From Candidatus Yanofskybacteria bacterium RIFCSPLOWO2_02_FULL_41_13 (GTDB lineage: Bacteria; Patescibacteriota; Minisyncoccia; 2-02-FULL-40-12; GWA2-44-9), in the NCBI GenBank assembly GCA_001795735.1, contig MGKQ01000014.1:5625-58691 (forward strand): 53,067 nucleotides of DNA, in the 5' to 3' direction. Shown one piece after another: positions 1 to 10,040 of this stretch. Numbering within the stretch: the first letter of the stretch is position 1; every line of letters begins with the position of its first letter. The notes beneath the pieces were generated by a model. That model made no database searches and was not told the DNA's origin. It worked only from the letters and a program-made list of their open reading frames with translations. The position numbers and the translations under genes are program-made.

Positions 1-458
1 GCGATTAATTCGGCCTGATTGAATCCCCGCCAGTTATAGCGGTATTTATGAAGGGGGATAGGTACGATTATGGGGTTTTCTGTTAAAACATTGAATTTTT
101 TACTTATACTAAGCCAGATAACGTACTTTTTTATCAGCAACGAGATGGGAACGGCCATCTCCTTAATAAAGCGGTATTTTAAGGTCTTTACAATTTTAAT
201 TACTGCGGGATTTTTATAGTCTGAAACGACCAGAAGCTGGTCAACCGGATTTGATTGTCGGCAGGTAAGGCAGGTTTTTCCGAGAATAGTTACCCTATTA
301 CATCCTATGCATTCAAATTTTTTGTTAATTGGGATCAAGCCGGCGCATTTTTTGCAAAGATACCCCAGCCGAAGTGAACAAAATTTACCGCAAGATACGC
401 ATCGGATAGGGAAGATTAGGTCAAGAATCCAGCTAGATATAATCTGGGGATAATTCAT
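1..458 (-). CDS. comF: ComF family competence protein (phosphoribosyltransferase-like), runs off the window edge
   Basis: Not in ORF track. Manual translation from ATG at 458: MNYPQIISSWILDLIFPIRCVSCGK...CKKC...CIGC...CLTC (zinc-finger Cys pairs) and VPIPLHKYRYNWRGFNQAELI, the ComF signature. Confidence 0.9.
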   Translation of the reverse strand, partial: MNYPQIISSWILDLIFPIRCVSCGKFCSLRLGYLCKKCAGLIPINKKFECIGCNRVTILGKTCLTCRQSNPVDQLLVVSDYKNPAVIKIVKTLKYRFIKEMAVPISLLIKKYVIWLSISKKFNVLTENPIIVPIPLHKYRYNWRGFNQAELI

Positions 459-598
459 GATTATTGCTTAATTTATGTGGTATAATTAGCTAGGAGATAT
501 TAAAACTATCTCACTATACTGATCTTTCGGTTAATGCACAAATCGTTTTTTACTTTTAGAGCCGGCAGTTAACGGATTTTTTGGGTTATAGAACAAAA

Positions 599-1684
599 AT
601 GGCTTTTAATCTTTTCAAAACAATTCAATCGGGAGGAACCCTGGGGCTTGATATCGGTACTTCTTCCATTAAAATTGTCGAGCTTGAAAAAAAAGGCGGA
701 CGGTTTCACCTGACTAACTACGCGATTTTTGAACTTAGAAATAATGAACCCTCAATCAGCCAAAGTAGCAATTGGCAAAGTATTTTAAAAATGCCAGACG
801 AAGAAATAGCGGATGGAATCAAACAGCTGATCAAAAAAGCTGAAATCGGGTCCACCGATATAATCTCGGCGATTCCGTCCTTCTCGACCTTTGCAACAGT
901 AATCGAGATGCCGTATGTATCAAATGAAGATCTAGCCAGATCAATTCAGTTTGAAGCTAAGAAGTACGTTCCGATTCCGCTCGAGGAAGTAATTCTGGAT
1001 TGGTCAATTGTCGGAGTTGTTGACGGCCAAGTTTCTAAAGGAGGCAGTCCATCAACCGTAGAAGTTTTTTTAGCTGCCGTACCGAAGGATGAAACAGTTC
1101 GCTACCAGAACATTATGAAAAATTCAGGCTTAAAACTAAAAGCCCTAGAGTTGGAAAACTCTGCCCTGATAAGGGCTCTTCTGGGCAATGATCTTAGTCC
1201 GACCGTAATTGTTAATATTGGAGGGCGAAGCACATCCATCATTATCGTTAATAGGGGATACGAGCGTGTAAGCCATAATTATGAGATCGGCGGTTTTGAA
1301 ATAACAAAAGCTATAGCCCAATCGTTAAATGTCAGCCTGGAAAAGGCGGAGGAGCTAAAGCGAAAATTCGGTCTTAAAAAAACCGAAGAAAATATTATTA
1401 ACGAATCCATGATCTCTCTTATTGACATGATGGTCTTTGAAACTAAAAGGACAATTTTAAACTACGAGGAACTGAAGAAGGAAAAAATAGCTAATGTTAT
1501 TTTAATTGGTGGCCTGACTAATATGCCCGGTTTGGGAGATTACTTTAAAGAAAAGATGGGGAGAAGCGTGGTAATAGGGAACCCTTTCTCAAGAATAGTC
1601 TACCCAAACGAGCTTCAGCCAATAATACCCGAGCTAAGCAGTATGCTGGCCGGAGCTATAGGATTAGCTATGAGGGAGGTTTAG
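599..1684 (+). CDS. pilM: Type IV pilus assembly protein PilM
   Basis: LGLDIGTSSIKIVEL actin-like motif, QFEAKKYVPIP, VNIGGRST; ATG at 599 preferred over TTG at 581. Confidence 0.92.
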   Translation: MAFNLFKTIQSGGTLGLDIGTSSIKIVELEKKGGRFHLTNYAIFELRNNEPSISQSSNWQSILKMPDEEIADGIKQLIKKAEIGSTDIISAIPSFSTFATVIEMPYVSNEDLARSIQFEAKKYVPIPLEEVILDWSIVGVVDGQVSKGGSPSTVEVFLAAVPKDETVRYQNIMKNSGLKLKALELENSALIRALLGNDLSPTVIVNIGGRSTSIIIVNRGYERVSHNYEIGGFEITKAIAQSLNVSLEKAEELKRKFGLKKTEENIINESMISLIDMMVFETKRTILNYEELKKEKIANVILIGGLTNMPGLGDYFKEKMGRSVVIGNPFSRIVYPNELQPIIPELSSMLAGAIGLAMREV

Positions 1685-1779
1685 GTCGCAAAATCATATA
1701 CATACATCGTGTAACAATAAAGAGAGGCAGGGGTGATTGATAATTGATATGTGATGTATGGTATGTGATACGTAAAGAA

Positions 1780-2340
1780 ATGGACAGAAGAGACCAGCTA
1801 CAATTACTGCCCGGTACTAAAAAAAGACTCGGAATTAAGGTCAAGGGGGAGAACAGGTTTCTATATATCGGAAGCGCCATTTTGGGTGCAGTGATTGTCT
1901 CTATGTTTGCTCTCGGACGCTATCAGACAAATCTGGAAGATCAGCTGACGCAAGTAAATGATCAGATATCTATAGTCGAAAAATCTAGAAAAAAATCAGA
2001 GGAGGTTGGCCTTAAAGTACTTCAACAGCGCCTTAGCTTAATATCCGAACTAATTGACAGCCATACTTATTGGACTAAGGGCCTAACTTCTATAGCCGGA
2101 CTAATGCAAAATGACGTTCGTCTAGAATCATTTTCGGGAGACGCTAATTTAGGCTCAATTGGAATTGCCGTTCAGGCTTCTAGCTACGCCGCATTAGCAA
2201 GGCAGGTAGCATCTTTTTTAACAGAGTCGGCTATATCAGATTTATCCTTTGGAAAAACCAATACAACTTCTGAAGGATTGGTTGAAACAAGTATAACCAT
2301 TAAATTTAATCGTGAATTTATTAAAAATAGCAAGAAGTAA
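1780..2340 (+). CDS. pilN: PilN-like pilus alignment protein
   Basis: Single N-terminal TM, coiled coil, ferredoxin-like C-terminus; position after pilM. ATG 1780 (MDRRDQ) follows a heptamer repeat tract. Confidence 0.7.
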   Translation: MDRRDQLQLLPGTKKRLGIKVKGENRFLYIGSAILGAVIVSMFALGRYQTNLEDQLTQVNDQISIVEKSRKKSEEVGLKVLQQRLSLISELIDSHTYWTKGLTSIAGLMQNDVRLESFSGDANLGSIGIAVQASSYAALARQVASFLTESAISDLSFGKTNTTSEGLVETSITIKFNREFIKNSKK

Positions 2341-2895
2341 ATGGTACAAAGTATCAAAAACCTTATAGCCGCGACCCTTGTTGCAATTAGCGGTTTTTTA
2401 CTTTGGACACAAATCTTACCGATATACGAGCTTACCTCGAGCTTAAAACCTAAAATAACTGAGAGGCTGGAATTTCTTAAAACAAGGATAGAGTTAACTG
2501 CAAAAATTGAAAGTTTAAAAAAGGAGAGAGATAATAGGCACGCAGAATTTCAAAGATTAGCCATAGTTGTGCCTGAAACTAAAAGCTTGCCGGAACTAAT
2601 TTCTATGCTTGAAAAAATGTTTTCTCAAACAGGTAATATTCTATCAGGCTTTACTATCGGGGAAGTCACTAATGAGAAATCTCTTAAGAATATCTTCCTA
2701 GATATAAGCTCCAGCGGATCCTATGAAAGTGTTTTAAATATTTTAAATGCCATTGAGAACAGTCTTCGCTTGTTTGATATAACCTTTTTATCAATATCCG
2801 AAGACTCGGGGCCTAGCAACAATAACAGGTTAGACTTTCAAATAAAAGGTTATATTTATTGGTTATCAAAGGAAGACGATTCTTTAAAGAAATAA
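2341..2895 (+). CDS. pilO: PilO-like pilus alignment protein
   Basis: TM + coiled coil + GSYESVLNILNAIENSLRLFDI; abuts pilN. Confidence 0.75.
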   Translation: MVQSIKNLIAATLVAISGFLLWTQILPIYELTSSLKPKITERLEFLKTRIELTAKIESLKKERDNRHAEFQRLAIVVPETKSLPELISMLEKMFSQTGNILSGFTIGEVTNEKSLKNIFLDISSSGSYESVLNILNAIENSLRLFDITFLSISEDSGPSNNNRLDFQIKGYIYWLSKEDDSLKK

Positions 2896-2915
2896 TCTCG
2901 GATGATTAGTATATT

Positions 2916-3200
2916 ATGGACAGATTAGTAGCACAACTTGGTCGGAGTAAAATTATACTCGTATTTATTGTCGGGATCGGCTTTATTTTGGGCTATTTAA
3001 ATTATTCCGGACAAGAAAAACCCGTTATTTTAAGCCAAGAAGAGCCGACAAAAAAAGATGGCTTAGACTTTTTTAAAGACTTCAGCCTAGATCTGAGTAT
3101 ATTTAATAATGAAACTTACAAAAAGCTTGAAATCTTCGGAGAGAATCCTGTTTACCCCGATTTTACCGGAGAAAGAAAAAATCCTTTCGCACCGTTTTAA
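2916..3200 (+). CDS. Small membrane protein in the PilP position
   Basis: N-terminal TM, ends GERKNPFAPF (RNPF-like motif seen in PilP-type proteins); synteny. Confidence 0.6.
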   Translation: MDRLVAQLGRSKIILVFIVGIGFILGYLNYSGQEKPVILSQEEPTKKDGLDFFKDFSLDLSIFNNETYKKLEIFGENPVYPDFTGERKNPFAPF

Positions 3201-3211
3201 ATAAAATCGTC

Positions 3212-4957
3212 ATGCCGATTAAAATTCCAACAACTTTAGTCGAAGAGCTGATAAAACTGGGGCTTTTATCTAAGAGGGATGTTAAGTCCTATGAAGACTT
3301 GGCCAAGAAAGAAGATAAAGAGCTTGGCCAGATTTTAATTGAAAAAGATGTCGTCTCGGCCAGTGACCTTTTGGAAATTAAGTCAAGACTCTATAGGTTG
3401 CCGATAGTAAAACTGGAAGAAATTAAGCTTGATAGCGAAGCATTGAAAGAAATAGCTGAAGATGTGGTAAATTTTTACAAGATGGCCCCGTTTGCCAAGG
3501 AGGGGGATATCCTGAAGGTGGGCGTTATAAATCCCGAAGACATTGATGCCCTGGAAGCCCTCAAGTTTATAGCCTCCGACAAGGGGTTAAAAATTGACAA
3601 ATATATTATTGATTACCGTGATTTTGAGGGCATATTAAAAAATTACCGTTCCTTAACTGCTGAAGTCGGCAAAGCGCTTGAATCTCTTTCCGAAGAAGCT
3701 GAAAAAGAGGTTATCACCCAGAAGAAAATAGAAGAAATCAGCGCCGAAGGAGCGGTTACCCGTATTGTAGCCTCGATTGTTAAGTATGCAGTTGAGTCTC
3801 GCGCTTCCGATATTCACATTGAAGCTTTCGAAGAAAAAGTAAATGTCCGGTTCAGAATTGATGGGGTTTTAATTATCGCCCTAACCCTGCCCAAGAACGT
3901 CCATTCGGCCGTACTAACCAGAATTAAGGTTCTTTCAAACCTAAAAATCGACGAAACCAGACTGGCTCAAGACGGAAGATTCTCGACAATGCTCAATAAG
4001 CGGAGGATAGATTTTAGAGTTTCGACTTTTCCGACTAAAAACGGCGAGAAAGTCGTTATGCGTATTTTAGATCCACTTACAAACAAAATTGACCTTCCGG
4101 ATTTAGGAATTGACGGCAGATCTCTGGAGGTTCTTGAGCGGGCAATGACTAAACCGTTCGGAAGCATACTGATTACCGGTCCTACCGGTTCGGGTAAGTC
4201 TACTACTTTAGCCGGAATGCTTAAGCGTTTAAACAACGAGGAGGTGAATATCGTAACCCTTGAAGATCCGATTGAGTATTTTGTCGAAGGCGTTAATCAA
4301 TCTCAAATCCACGAAGAGATCGGATATACTTTTGCCTCCGGCTTGCGCCACATTCTAAGACAGGACCCGGATATTATCATGGTCGGAGAGATCAGAGATA
4401 AAGAAACGGCGGCCTTGGCTACTCAAGCGGCGTTAACCGGCCATATCGTCTTATCAACTCTCCACACGAATGATGCCATGGGTGTTGTTCCTCGTTTGAT
4501 TGATATGGGAGTTGAGAAGTACCTTATACCACCGACTCTTAATGTTGCGGCCGCTCAGCGCTTGCTGAGACGTCTATGTCCTGATTGTAAAATAAAAGCA
4601 AAAGCCAATGTTGCCGAAGAGGGGATCATCAATAAAGCTATTCTGGGTATGCCGGAAAAGTATCAAAAAGAGCTCTTGTCTCAGAGTGGTTATCAAATCC
4701 ACAAACCTAACATTGAAAACCCGTGCAAAAAATGTTCAGGAAAGGCTTTTAAGGGCCGAATGGGTATATTTGAAATGCTTGAGATGACCGATGAATTTGA
4801 GAAAATTATACTGGCTGACTTTTCCGAATCGGCAACGAGAGAGGAAGCTCGACGCCAAGGCATGATAACAATGTTTCAGGACGGAATATTAAAAGTGCTG
4901 AGGGGTGTTGTCTCTATTGATGAGTTACTTGAGGTAGCTGAAGCAGATAAGAAATAG
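3212..4957 (+). CDS. pilB: Type IV pilus extension ATPase PilB/GspE
   Basis: ASDIHIE, GPTGSGKSTT, RQDPDIIMVGEIRD, GHIVLSTLHTN, tetracysteine motif. Confidence 0.95.
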   Translation: MPIKIPTTLVEELIKLGLLSKRDVKSYEDLAKKEDKELGQILIEKDVVSASDLLEIKSRLYRLPIVKLEEIKLDSEALKEIAEDVVNFYKMAPFAKEGDILKVGVINPEDIDALEALKFIASDKGLKIDKYIIDYRDFEGILKNYRSLTAEVGKALESLSEEAEKEVITQKKIEEISAEGAVTRIVASIVKYAVESRASDIHIEAFEEKVNVRFRIDGVLIIALTLPKNVHSAVLTRIKVLSNLKIDETRLAQDGRFSTMLNKRRIDFRVSTFPTKNGEKVVMRILDPLTNKIDLPDLGIDGRSLEVLERAMTKPFGSILITGPTGSGKSTTLAGMLKRLNNEEVNIVTLEDPIEYFVEGVNQSQIHEEIGYTFASGLRHILRQDPDIIMVGEIRDKETAALATQAALTGHIVLSTLHTNDAMGVVPRLIDMGVEKYLIPPTLNVAAAQRLLRRLCPDCKIKAKANVAEEGIINKAILGMPEKYQKELLSQSGYQIHKPNIENPCKKCSGKAFKGRMGIFEMLEMTDEFEKIILADFSESATREEARRQGMITMFQDGILKVLRGVVSIDELLEVAEADKK

Positions 4958-5042
4958 TAAAATAGTCATTAGGTATTAGTCATTAGCTGTTAGTTACTAA
5001 TCACACTAAAAGCTAGAGGCTAAAAGCTAAAAGCTAAATAAT

Positions 5043-6110
5043 ATGTCAGACTTTAAACAACAGCTAGAAGACTTATTAATGGCTGCCGGCCAAAACGGCG
5101 CTTCCGATATTCACTTATCTCCGGGAAACTATCCTATTCTGAGAATCGATGGCCGCTTAATTCCGCTTTCTAACAAAAAAATCCTTGATTCTGAAATTCT
5201 CGAAGGGTTAGCTTCGGTATTATTGGGCGATGAAAGAAAAACCAGATTTGTCTCAGAGAAAGAAATTGATTTTTCTTATGAATCCAGCCAGGGAACCCGC
5301 TTCAGGGTGAACGTTTATTATACTCAAGGAAGAGTAGCGGCAACCTTGAGGTTAGTGCCAAATCAGATTAAAAGCATCGAGGATTTAAATCTACCTGAGA
5401 TTATAAAAGTTTTTGCGAAGCTTTCTCAAGGATTTGTGCTAGTTGTCGGTCCAAACGGTCATGGCAAATCAACTACTCTTGCCGCAATCATTGATCTTAT
5501 CAACAAAGAGCGGTCAGAAAAAATTATTACCATTGAAGATCCGATCGAATATATCTTTAATCCGGAAAAAAGCATTATTGACCAGCGTGAAGTTTATCAG
5601 GATACGTTTTCATTCCATAAAGCTCTTCGATCTGCTTTCAGGGAGAACGTTAATGTCGTTATGGTGGGAGAGATGAGAGACTACGAGACCATGAGCGCCG
5701 CTGTTACGGCCGCTGAAACCGGACATTTGGTTTTTGGATCCCTCCATACCAACAGCGCCTCTCAAACGGTTGAAAGAATCATTGATACTTTTCCACCCAA
5801 TCAACAGTCTCAAATAAGAAACCAACTGGCTAATACAATATCGGGTATTATTTCGCAAAGATTAATTCCCAGAATTAAGGGCGGCCTGATACCGGCAGTC
5901 GAAGTAATGATTGCTAATCCGGCAGTCAGAACTCTCATCAGAGACAACCGGCCCAGACAGCTGGACTTAGTTATAGAGACCAGCCAGGAATCAGGCATGA
6001 TTTCGCTTAACCGTTCATTAGCTGATTTGGTCAGAAGAAAAGAGATAAGCCTTGAAAGAGCCCAGTTTTACTCTCAAGACCCTTCAGAACTCAAGGAACT
6101 TATAAGGTAA
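5043..6110 (+). CDS. pilT: Type IV pilus retraction ATPase PilT
   Basis: ASDIHL, GPNGHGKSTT, AAETGHLVFGSLHTN, AVRTLIRD (AIRNLIRE-like). Confidence 0.93.
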   Translation: MSDFKQQLEDLLMAAGQNGASDIHLSPGNYPILRIDGRLIPLSNKKILDSEILEGLASVLLGDERKTRFVSEKEIDFSYESSQGTRFRVNVYYTQGRVAATLRLVPNQIKSIEDLNLPEIIKVFAKLSQGFVLVVGPNGHGKSTTLAAIIDLINKERSEKIITIEDPIEYIFNPEKSIIDQREVYQDTFSFHKALRSAFRENVNVVMVGEMRDYETMSAAVTAAETGHLVFGSLHTNSASQTVERIIDTFPPNQQSQIRNQLANTISGIISQRLIPRIKGGLIPAVEVMIANPAVRTLIRDNRPRQLDLVIETSQESGMISLNRSLADLVRRKEISLERAQFYSQDPSELKELIR

Positions 6111-6220
6111 TTTCCAATTTCCAATTTCCAATTTCCAATTTCCAATGAATTTTAAAGTAGTTCATTGATGCATTGATTAAATCAATGAGGATTGCGAATT
6201 GCTAATTGATAGTTAGCTCT

Positions 6221-7432
6221 TTGGCTGAATATAGCTACCAATCTAAAACAAGAGAGGGCTACATAGTCGAAGGTGTCGTTGATGCCCCGAATCAGAATTC
6301 GGCCGTTGATATTTTGCATAGTAAGGGCTATGTAATTTTATCGTTAGAGCCATTGCAGGGCAGTCTTTTCGAATATGACTTGGGGGGATTTTTATCAAGA
6401 CCGAATTCCAAAGACCTGACGATTTTCACCAGACAGCTCTCAACCCTTATTGACGCCGACATGCCTCTCAGCGAGGGTTTAAGAACCCTGGCTAAGCAGG
6501 TTGAGAAGCCGGCTTTTAAAAAAATTATTTCCGAGATAGCTGAATCAGTTGAAGGGGGATCTTTGCTCTCCGCCTCTATCGCCCAATTTCCAAATTTATT
6601 TTCTCCTTTCTACGTCAGACTGGTTCAGTCCGGTGAAATATCGGGTAAACTTCATGAATCCCTGCTTTATCTGGCTGACTACGTCGAAAGAACGCAAAGT
6701 ATCAATTCTAAAATAAAAGGAGCTTTGACCTATCCGGCCTTTATCGTTTTTTCATTGGCTGGTGTCGGTATCTTGATGATTGTCTATGTACTACCACAAC
6801 TGTTGGCTATATTTGAAGAGGTTGGCAATGTAGATTTACCGTTCACCACGATAGCACTCATCTGGATTACAAATTTTGTTAACGGCAATTTAATTTTAAT
6901 GGGCCTTATTTTCTTTATAGCAACATTCTTAGCAACCTATTTCATCAGAAGTCCCGAAGGAAAGATCTGGCTGGATAACTTAAAAATAAAAATTCCGTCT
7001 CTCGGACCGATAGTCAGGAATCTGTACCTAGCCAGAATTGCCGAAAGTCTATCAACTTTAATGAAGGCGGGGATCCCGATCATAGATGCCTTAAAAATAA
7101 CCTCTGATTTGGTCGGTAACTCGGTTTACAGAGACATAGTGTTAGACGCCGAGGAAAGCGTTAAGAGCGGAGGGACAATATCAAGCGCTCTCTCAAAATA
7201 CAAAGAGATACCGCCTCTTTTTTCATCAATGATAACTATAGGGGAGAGGACGGGTAAGATGGATTTTATCCTAGAACATGTTGCGAATTTCTACAAAAAC
7301 GAGTCAGAGAGTTCGATCCAGAACATATCCCAGATCATTGAACCTTTTCTTATATTAGTACTGGGTGTTGCCGTAGCCGGCTTAATATCCAGTATATTAT
7401 TGCCTATTTACAACATAGTCGGCGGGGGATAA
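6221..7432 (+). CDS. pilC: Type IV pilus platform protein PilC/GspF
   Basis: FTRQLSTLIDA, GEISGKL, GERTGKM, three TMs; TTG at 6221 (MAEYSY) is the more plausible start. Confidence 0.93.
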   Translation: MAEYSYQSKTREGYIVEGVVDAPNQNSAVDILHSKGYVILSLEPLQGSLFEYDLGGFLSRPNSKDLTIFTRQLSTLIDADMPLSEGLRTLAKQVEKPAFKKIISEIAESVEGGSLLSASIAQFPNLFSPFYVRLVQSGEISGKLHESLLYLADYVERTQSINSKIKGALTYPAFIVFSLAGVGILMIVYVLPQLLAIFEEVGNVDLPFTTIALIWITNFVNGNLILMGLIFFIATFLATYFIRSPEGKIWLDNLKIKIPSLGPIVRNLYLARIAESLSTLMKAGIPIIDALKITSDLVGNSVYRDIVLDAEESVKSGGTISSALSKYKEIPPLFSSMITIGERTGKMDFILEHVANFYKNESESSIQNISQIIEPFLILVLGVAVAGLISSILLPIYNIVGGG

Positions 7433-7452
7433 TAATTGTGGATATCTGTACT

Positions 7453-7481
7453 TTGCCAGTTAACCTAGAAGAATATATAAT
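7453..7481 (+). promoter_or_regulatory. Sigma70-type promoter upstream of major pilin
   Basis: TTGCCA (7453-7458), 17-bp spacer, TATAAT (7476-7481). Confidence 0.6.
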
Positions 7482-7602
7482 AATCATAGGATTTTGGCGG
7501 TTTTTTTTAAACTCCTAATTAAACGTTTTTAGTCAGTGGTAGGGAGTATTTAGCAGTCGATTACTAAATACTAAATACTAAATACTAAAATACTAAACAA
7601 AA

Positions 7603-8154
7603 GTGTCGATTCTAAAAAAATTAAGAAGAACAGCCTCTTCAAAGGGTTTTACCCTTATTGAGTTGTTGGTCGTTATAGCAATTATTGGTGTCTTGGCAAC
7701 ACTTGTTTTGCTTCAGCTGGGTACGGCTCGAGCCAAGGCAAGAGATGCTAAGAGAATTGCTGATGTAAGCCAGCTAAGAACAGCGTCGGAATTATTCTTT
7801 GATGATCATGGGGGTGATTATCCGGTTGGTCCTCTTTGTAACATTCCTCCCGGAACTGCTTTATGCGGCGGTACCACTGATGGTAATATTGGTGCATATA
7901 TGTCAGCCCCTGCTATGCCATTAGATCCTTTAACTGCGACTGCTTATGGATATGCTTGGACTAATACTGCTACCGATCCGAATAACTTTCATATATGGGC
8001 TAACTTGGAGAGGAGTAATGCTAGCGCTTTTGCAGCCGATGCGGATATTGACTCCAACACTGCTCCAACTTGGTCAGGTGTACCAGTAGTGGGTGCTACT
8101 GAAACATGTACTACTGTAGCTAATACCTGTGTTTACGATCAAGGTCAGAACTAA
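7603..8154 (+). CDS. pilA: Major type IV pilin
   Basis: Class III signal SSKG|[14 protein letters not shown]; [10 protein letters not shown]; own promoter and downstream hairpin. Confidence 0.9.
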   Translation: MSILKKLRRTASSKGFTLIELLVVIAIIGVLATLVLLQLGTARAKARDAKRIADVSQLRTASELFFDDHGGDYPVGPLCNIPPGTALCGGTTDGNIGAYMSAPAMPLDPLTATAYGYAWTNTATDPNNFHIWANLERSNASAFAADADIDSNTAPTWSGVPVVGATETCTTVANTCVYDQGQN

Positions 8155-8171
8155 TTAGTCTTTGCTAAATG

Positions 8172-8207
8172 TTAATCAAAAATCCCCCTAGGGGGATTTT
8201 TGATTAA
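8172..8207. terminator. Perfect 36-bp palindrome, probable intrinsic terminator after pilin
   Basis: TTAATCAAAAATCCCCCTAGGGGGATTTTTGATTAA equals its own reverse complement; T-run on both strands. Confidence 0.75.
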
Positions 8208-8223
8208 ATGCTAAAATTGTTGA

Positions 8224-8985
8224 ATGGATTATATTTACGTTTTTTCAACTTTAGCTACGGGGCTTATTCTAGGAAGTTTTATGAGCGTTCTTGTTTTTAG
8301 GCTTGATGTAAGGTCGGGTATAATCTCCGGACGGTCGGAATGTCCCCGATGCCTGACTCGCCTAAAATGGTATGATTTGGTTCCCCTTCTTAGCTTTATC
8401 TATCTGGGCGCTAAATGCCGTTACTGCAAAAACAAAATATCGGCAGTTTATCCCGCCATGGAACTGGCAACAGCCGGTGTCTTTGTTACGTATTCTTTTT
8501 TAAACGGATACTCTTCTCTAAACAGTTTTTACGAGCTGGCGATTATTTTTATACTGCTGGCCCTTCTTTTTTCTGATTATATTTTTTACATTTTGCCGGA
8601 TAAACTGATTATTGCCGGTTTTTTAATATCTCTAGCTTATTTTTTGTTGTTTAAGTTTGAAATAGTCGGCAGTTCACTGATAACCGGCTTGGTCTTAAGT
8701 GCTACTTTTGCTATACTGAATATAGTTTCTGGGGGCAGATGGATGGGTCTCGGAGATGCCAAGTTGGCATTTTTTATCGGATTTGTCCTGAGTTATCCGT
8801 CCGGAGTTTGGGCTATCTTAATATCAATTTGGATAGGCGCTATTTGGGGCATAGTTCTGGTTTTGTTGAAGAGGGCGAATCTAAAAACCCACCTGCCCTT
8901 CGGTTCTTTTATGGCCGCAGTAGCAGTGCTGTTAATTATCTTTCAAAAACATGAAATTTGGATTCCACTTATTCCCCGCTTATAA
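8224..8985 (+). CDS. pilD: Prepilin peptidase
   Basis: GRSECPRC...LKWYDLVPLLS...KCRYC, MGLGDAKL, LPFGSF. Confidence 0.95.
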   Translation: MDYIYVFSTLATGLILGSFMSVLVFRLDVRSGIISGRSECPRCLTRLKWYDLVPLLSFIYLGAKCRYCKNKISAVYPAMELATAGVFVTYSFLNGYSSLNSFYELAIIFILLALLFSDYIFYILPDKLIIAGFLISLAYFLLFKFEIVGSSLITGLVLSATFAILNIVSGGRWMGLGDAKLAFFIGFVLSYPSGVWAILISIWIGAIWGIVLVLLKRANLKTHLPFGSFMAAVAVLLIIFQKHEIWIPLIPRL

Positions 8986-9370
8986 ATTAAGGGGATTGGT
9001 TATGCTGGCCATGGGCTTAGCGGCTATTTTTATTTTAATAATCTTAAGCCTGACGTTCAGCATAAAAAATAAGCCGGCTCAGCTGGAGCTTTATATCGGA
9101 GAAAATAGACGTTTGTTCGAGGGTAGAACAACTGACAATATGACCGTTCTTGACGCCCTAAATGCGTCCTCTCTGGCTGGCGAGATAAGCCTTAAATATA
9201 CTCTTGATCCGATCAGAGATGAAGCAAAAATTTTAAGTCTGGATGGTTACAACTACGAAACAAACGGGAAAAATCTGGAAATTTATCTTAATTCAAATAA
9301 AATCAGCCCGAGAAAGATACACTCAATATATATAAAGCCGGGGGATGTAATTTTAGTTAAAACAGAATAG
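8951..9370 (+). CDS. Membrane-anchored protein with beta-grasp-like (DUF4430-like) C-terminus
   Basis: TM then TVLDAL...ILSLDG...IYLN...IKPGDVILV pattern; start uncertain. Confidence 0.55.
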   Translation: MKFGFHLFPAYKLRGLVMLAMGLAAIFILIILSLTFSIKNKPAQLELYIGENRRLFEGRTTDNMTVLDALNASSLAGEISLKYTLDPIRDEAKILSLDGYNYETNGKNLEIYLNSNKISPRKIHSIYIKPGDVILVKTE

Positions 9371-9374
9371 TCAT

Positions 9375-10040
9375 ATGAGATTACTTAAAGCTAATTTTAA
9401 AAAGGGGTTTACCCTGATTGAAATTTTAATAGTGTCCGGTATTACTATTTTTTTAACCCTTAATCTAATCAGCAATGTTATAAGGTCAAGGTTGAATATT
9501 ACTGAAGTAGCAAGAATAGTTGTTTCAGATATCAGAACTGCTCAAGCCAATGCCCTCTCTTCCAAACAGTATAAAGATCCGATTACAGGGTTGGTTACAT
9601 ATCGATGCGGATATGGACTTCATAAACTAGACTCATCAGAATCAGCGGCTCAAAATCCGCCAGTACCGGCAAATTCTTCATATTTTATTTTTGTGGGTCG
9701 GGATGCTCAATCTTCAGGTTGTCCGGCTGCCAATAATGCATATCAGTCTTCTCAGGATATGGCCGTTGTTTTTACTAGAGTTCTTGATTCACGGCTGGAA
9801 CTACTCAGCCCAACTACTGGAAATAATCCCAGATTTGACGATATATACTTCAAGGTTCCTGACGGCAAGATTTTTATTAATAATCTACACGATCTAGGTC
9901 CCAATCCCCCCAGGAAAAACAAAGTCCAAATAATAGTAAGAAAAATAGGCGTAAACTGTCCTTCGTCCGACTGTGTCTATATATGTGTCTATGCGAGCGG
10001 CAAAATAGAAACTAGAAGTAACGTTTGCGATCCATTATGA
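9375..10040 (+). CDS. Minor pilin (FimT/GspH-like)
   Basis: KKG|FTLIEILIV signal; SDIRTAQANA. Confidence 0.85.
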   Translation: MRLLKANFKKGFTLIEILIVSGITIFLTLNLISNVIRSRLNITEVARIVVSDIRTAQANALSSKQYKDPITGLVTYRCGYGLHKLDSSESAAQNPPVPANSSYFIFVGRDAQSSGCPAANNAYQSSQDMAVVFTRVLDSRLELLSPTTGNNPRFDDIYFKVPDGKIFINNLHDLGPNPPRKNKVQIIVRKIGVNCPSSDCVYICVYASGKIETRSNVCDPL

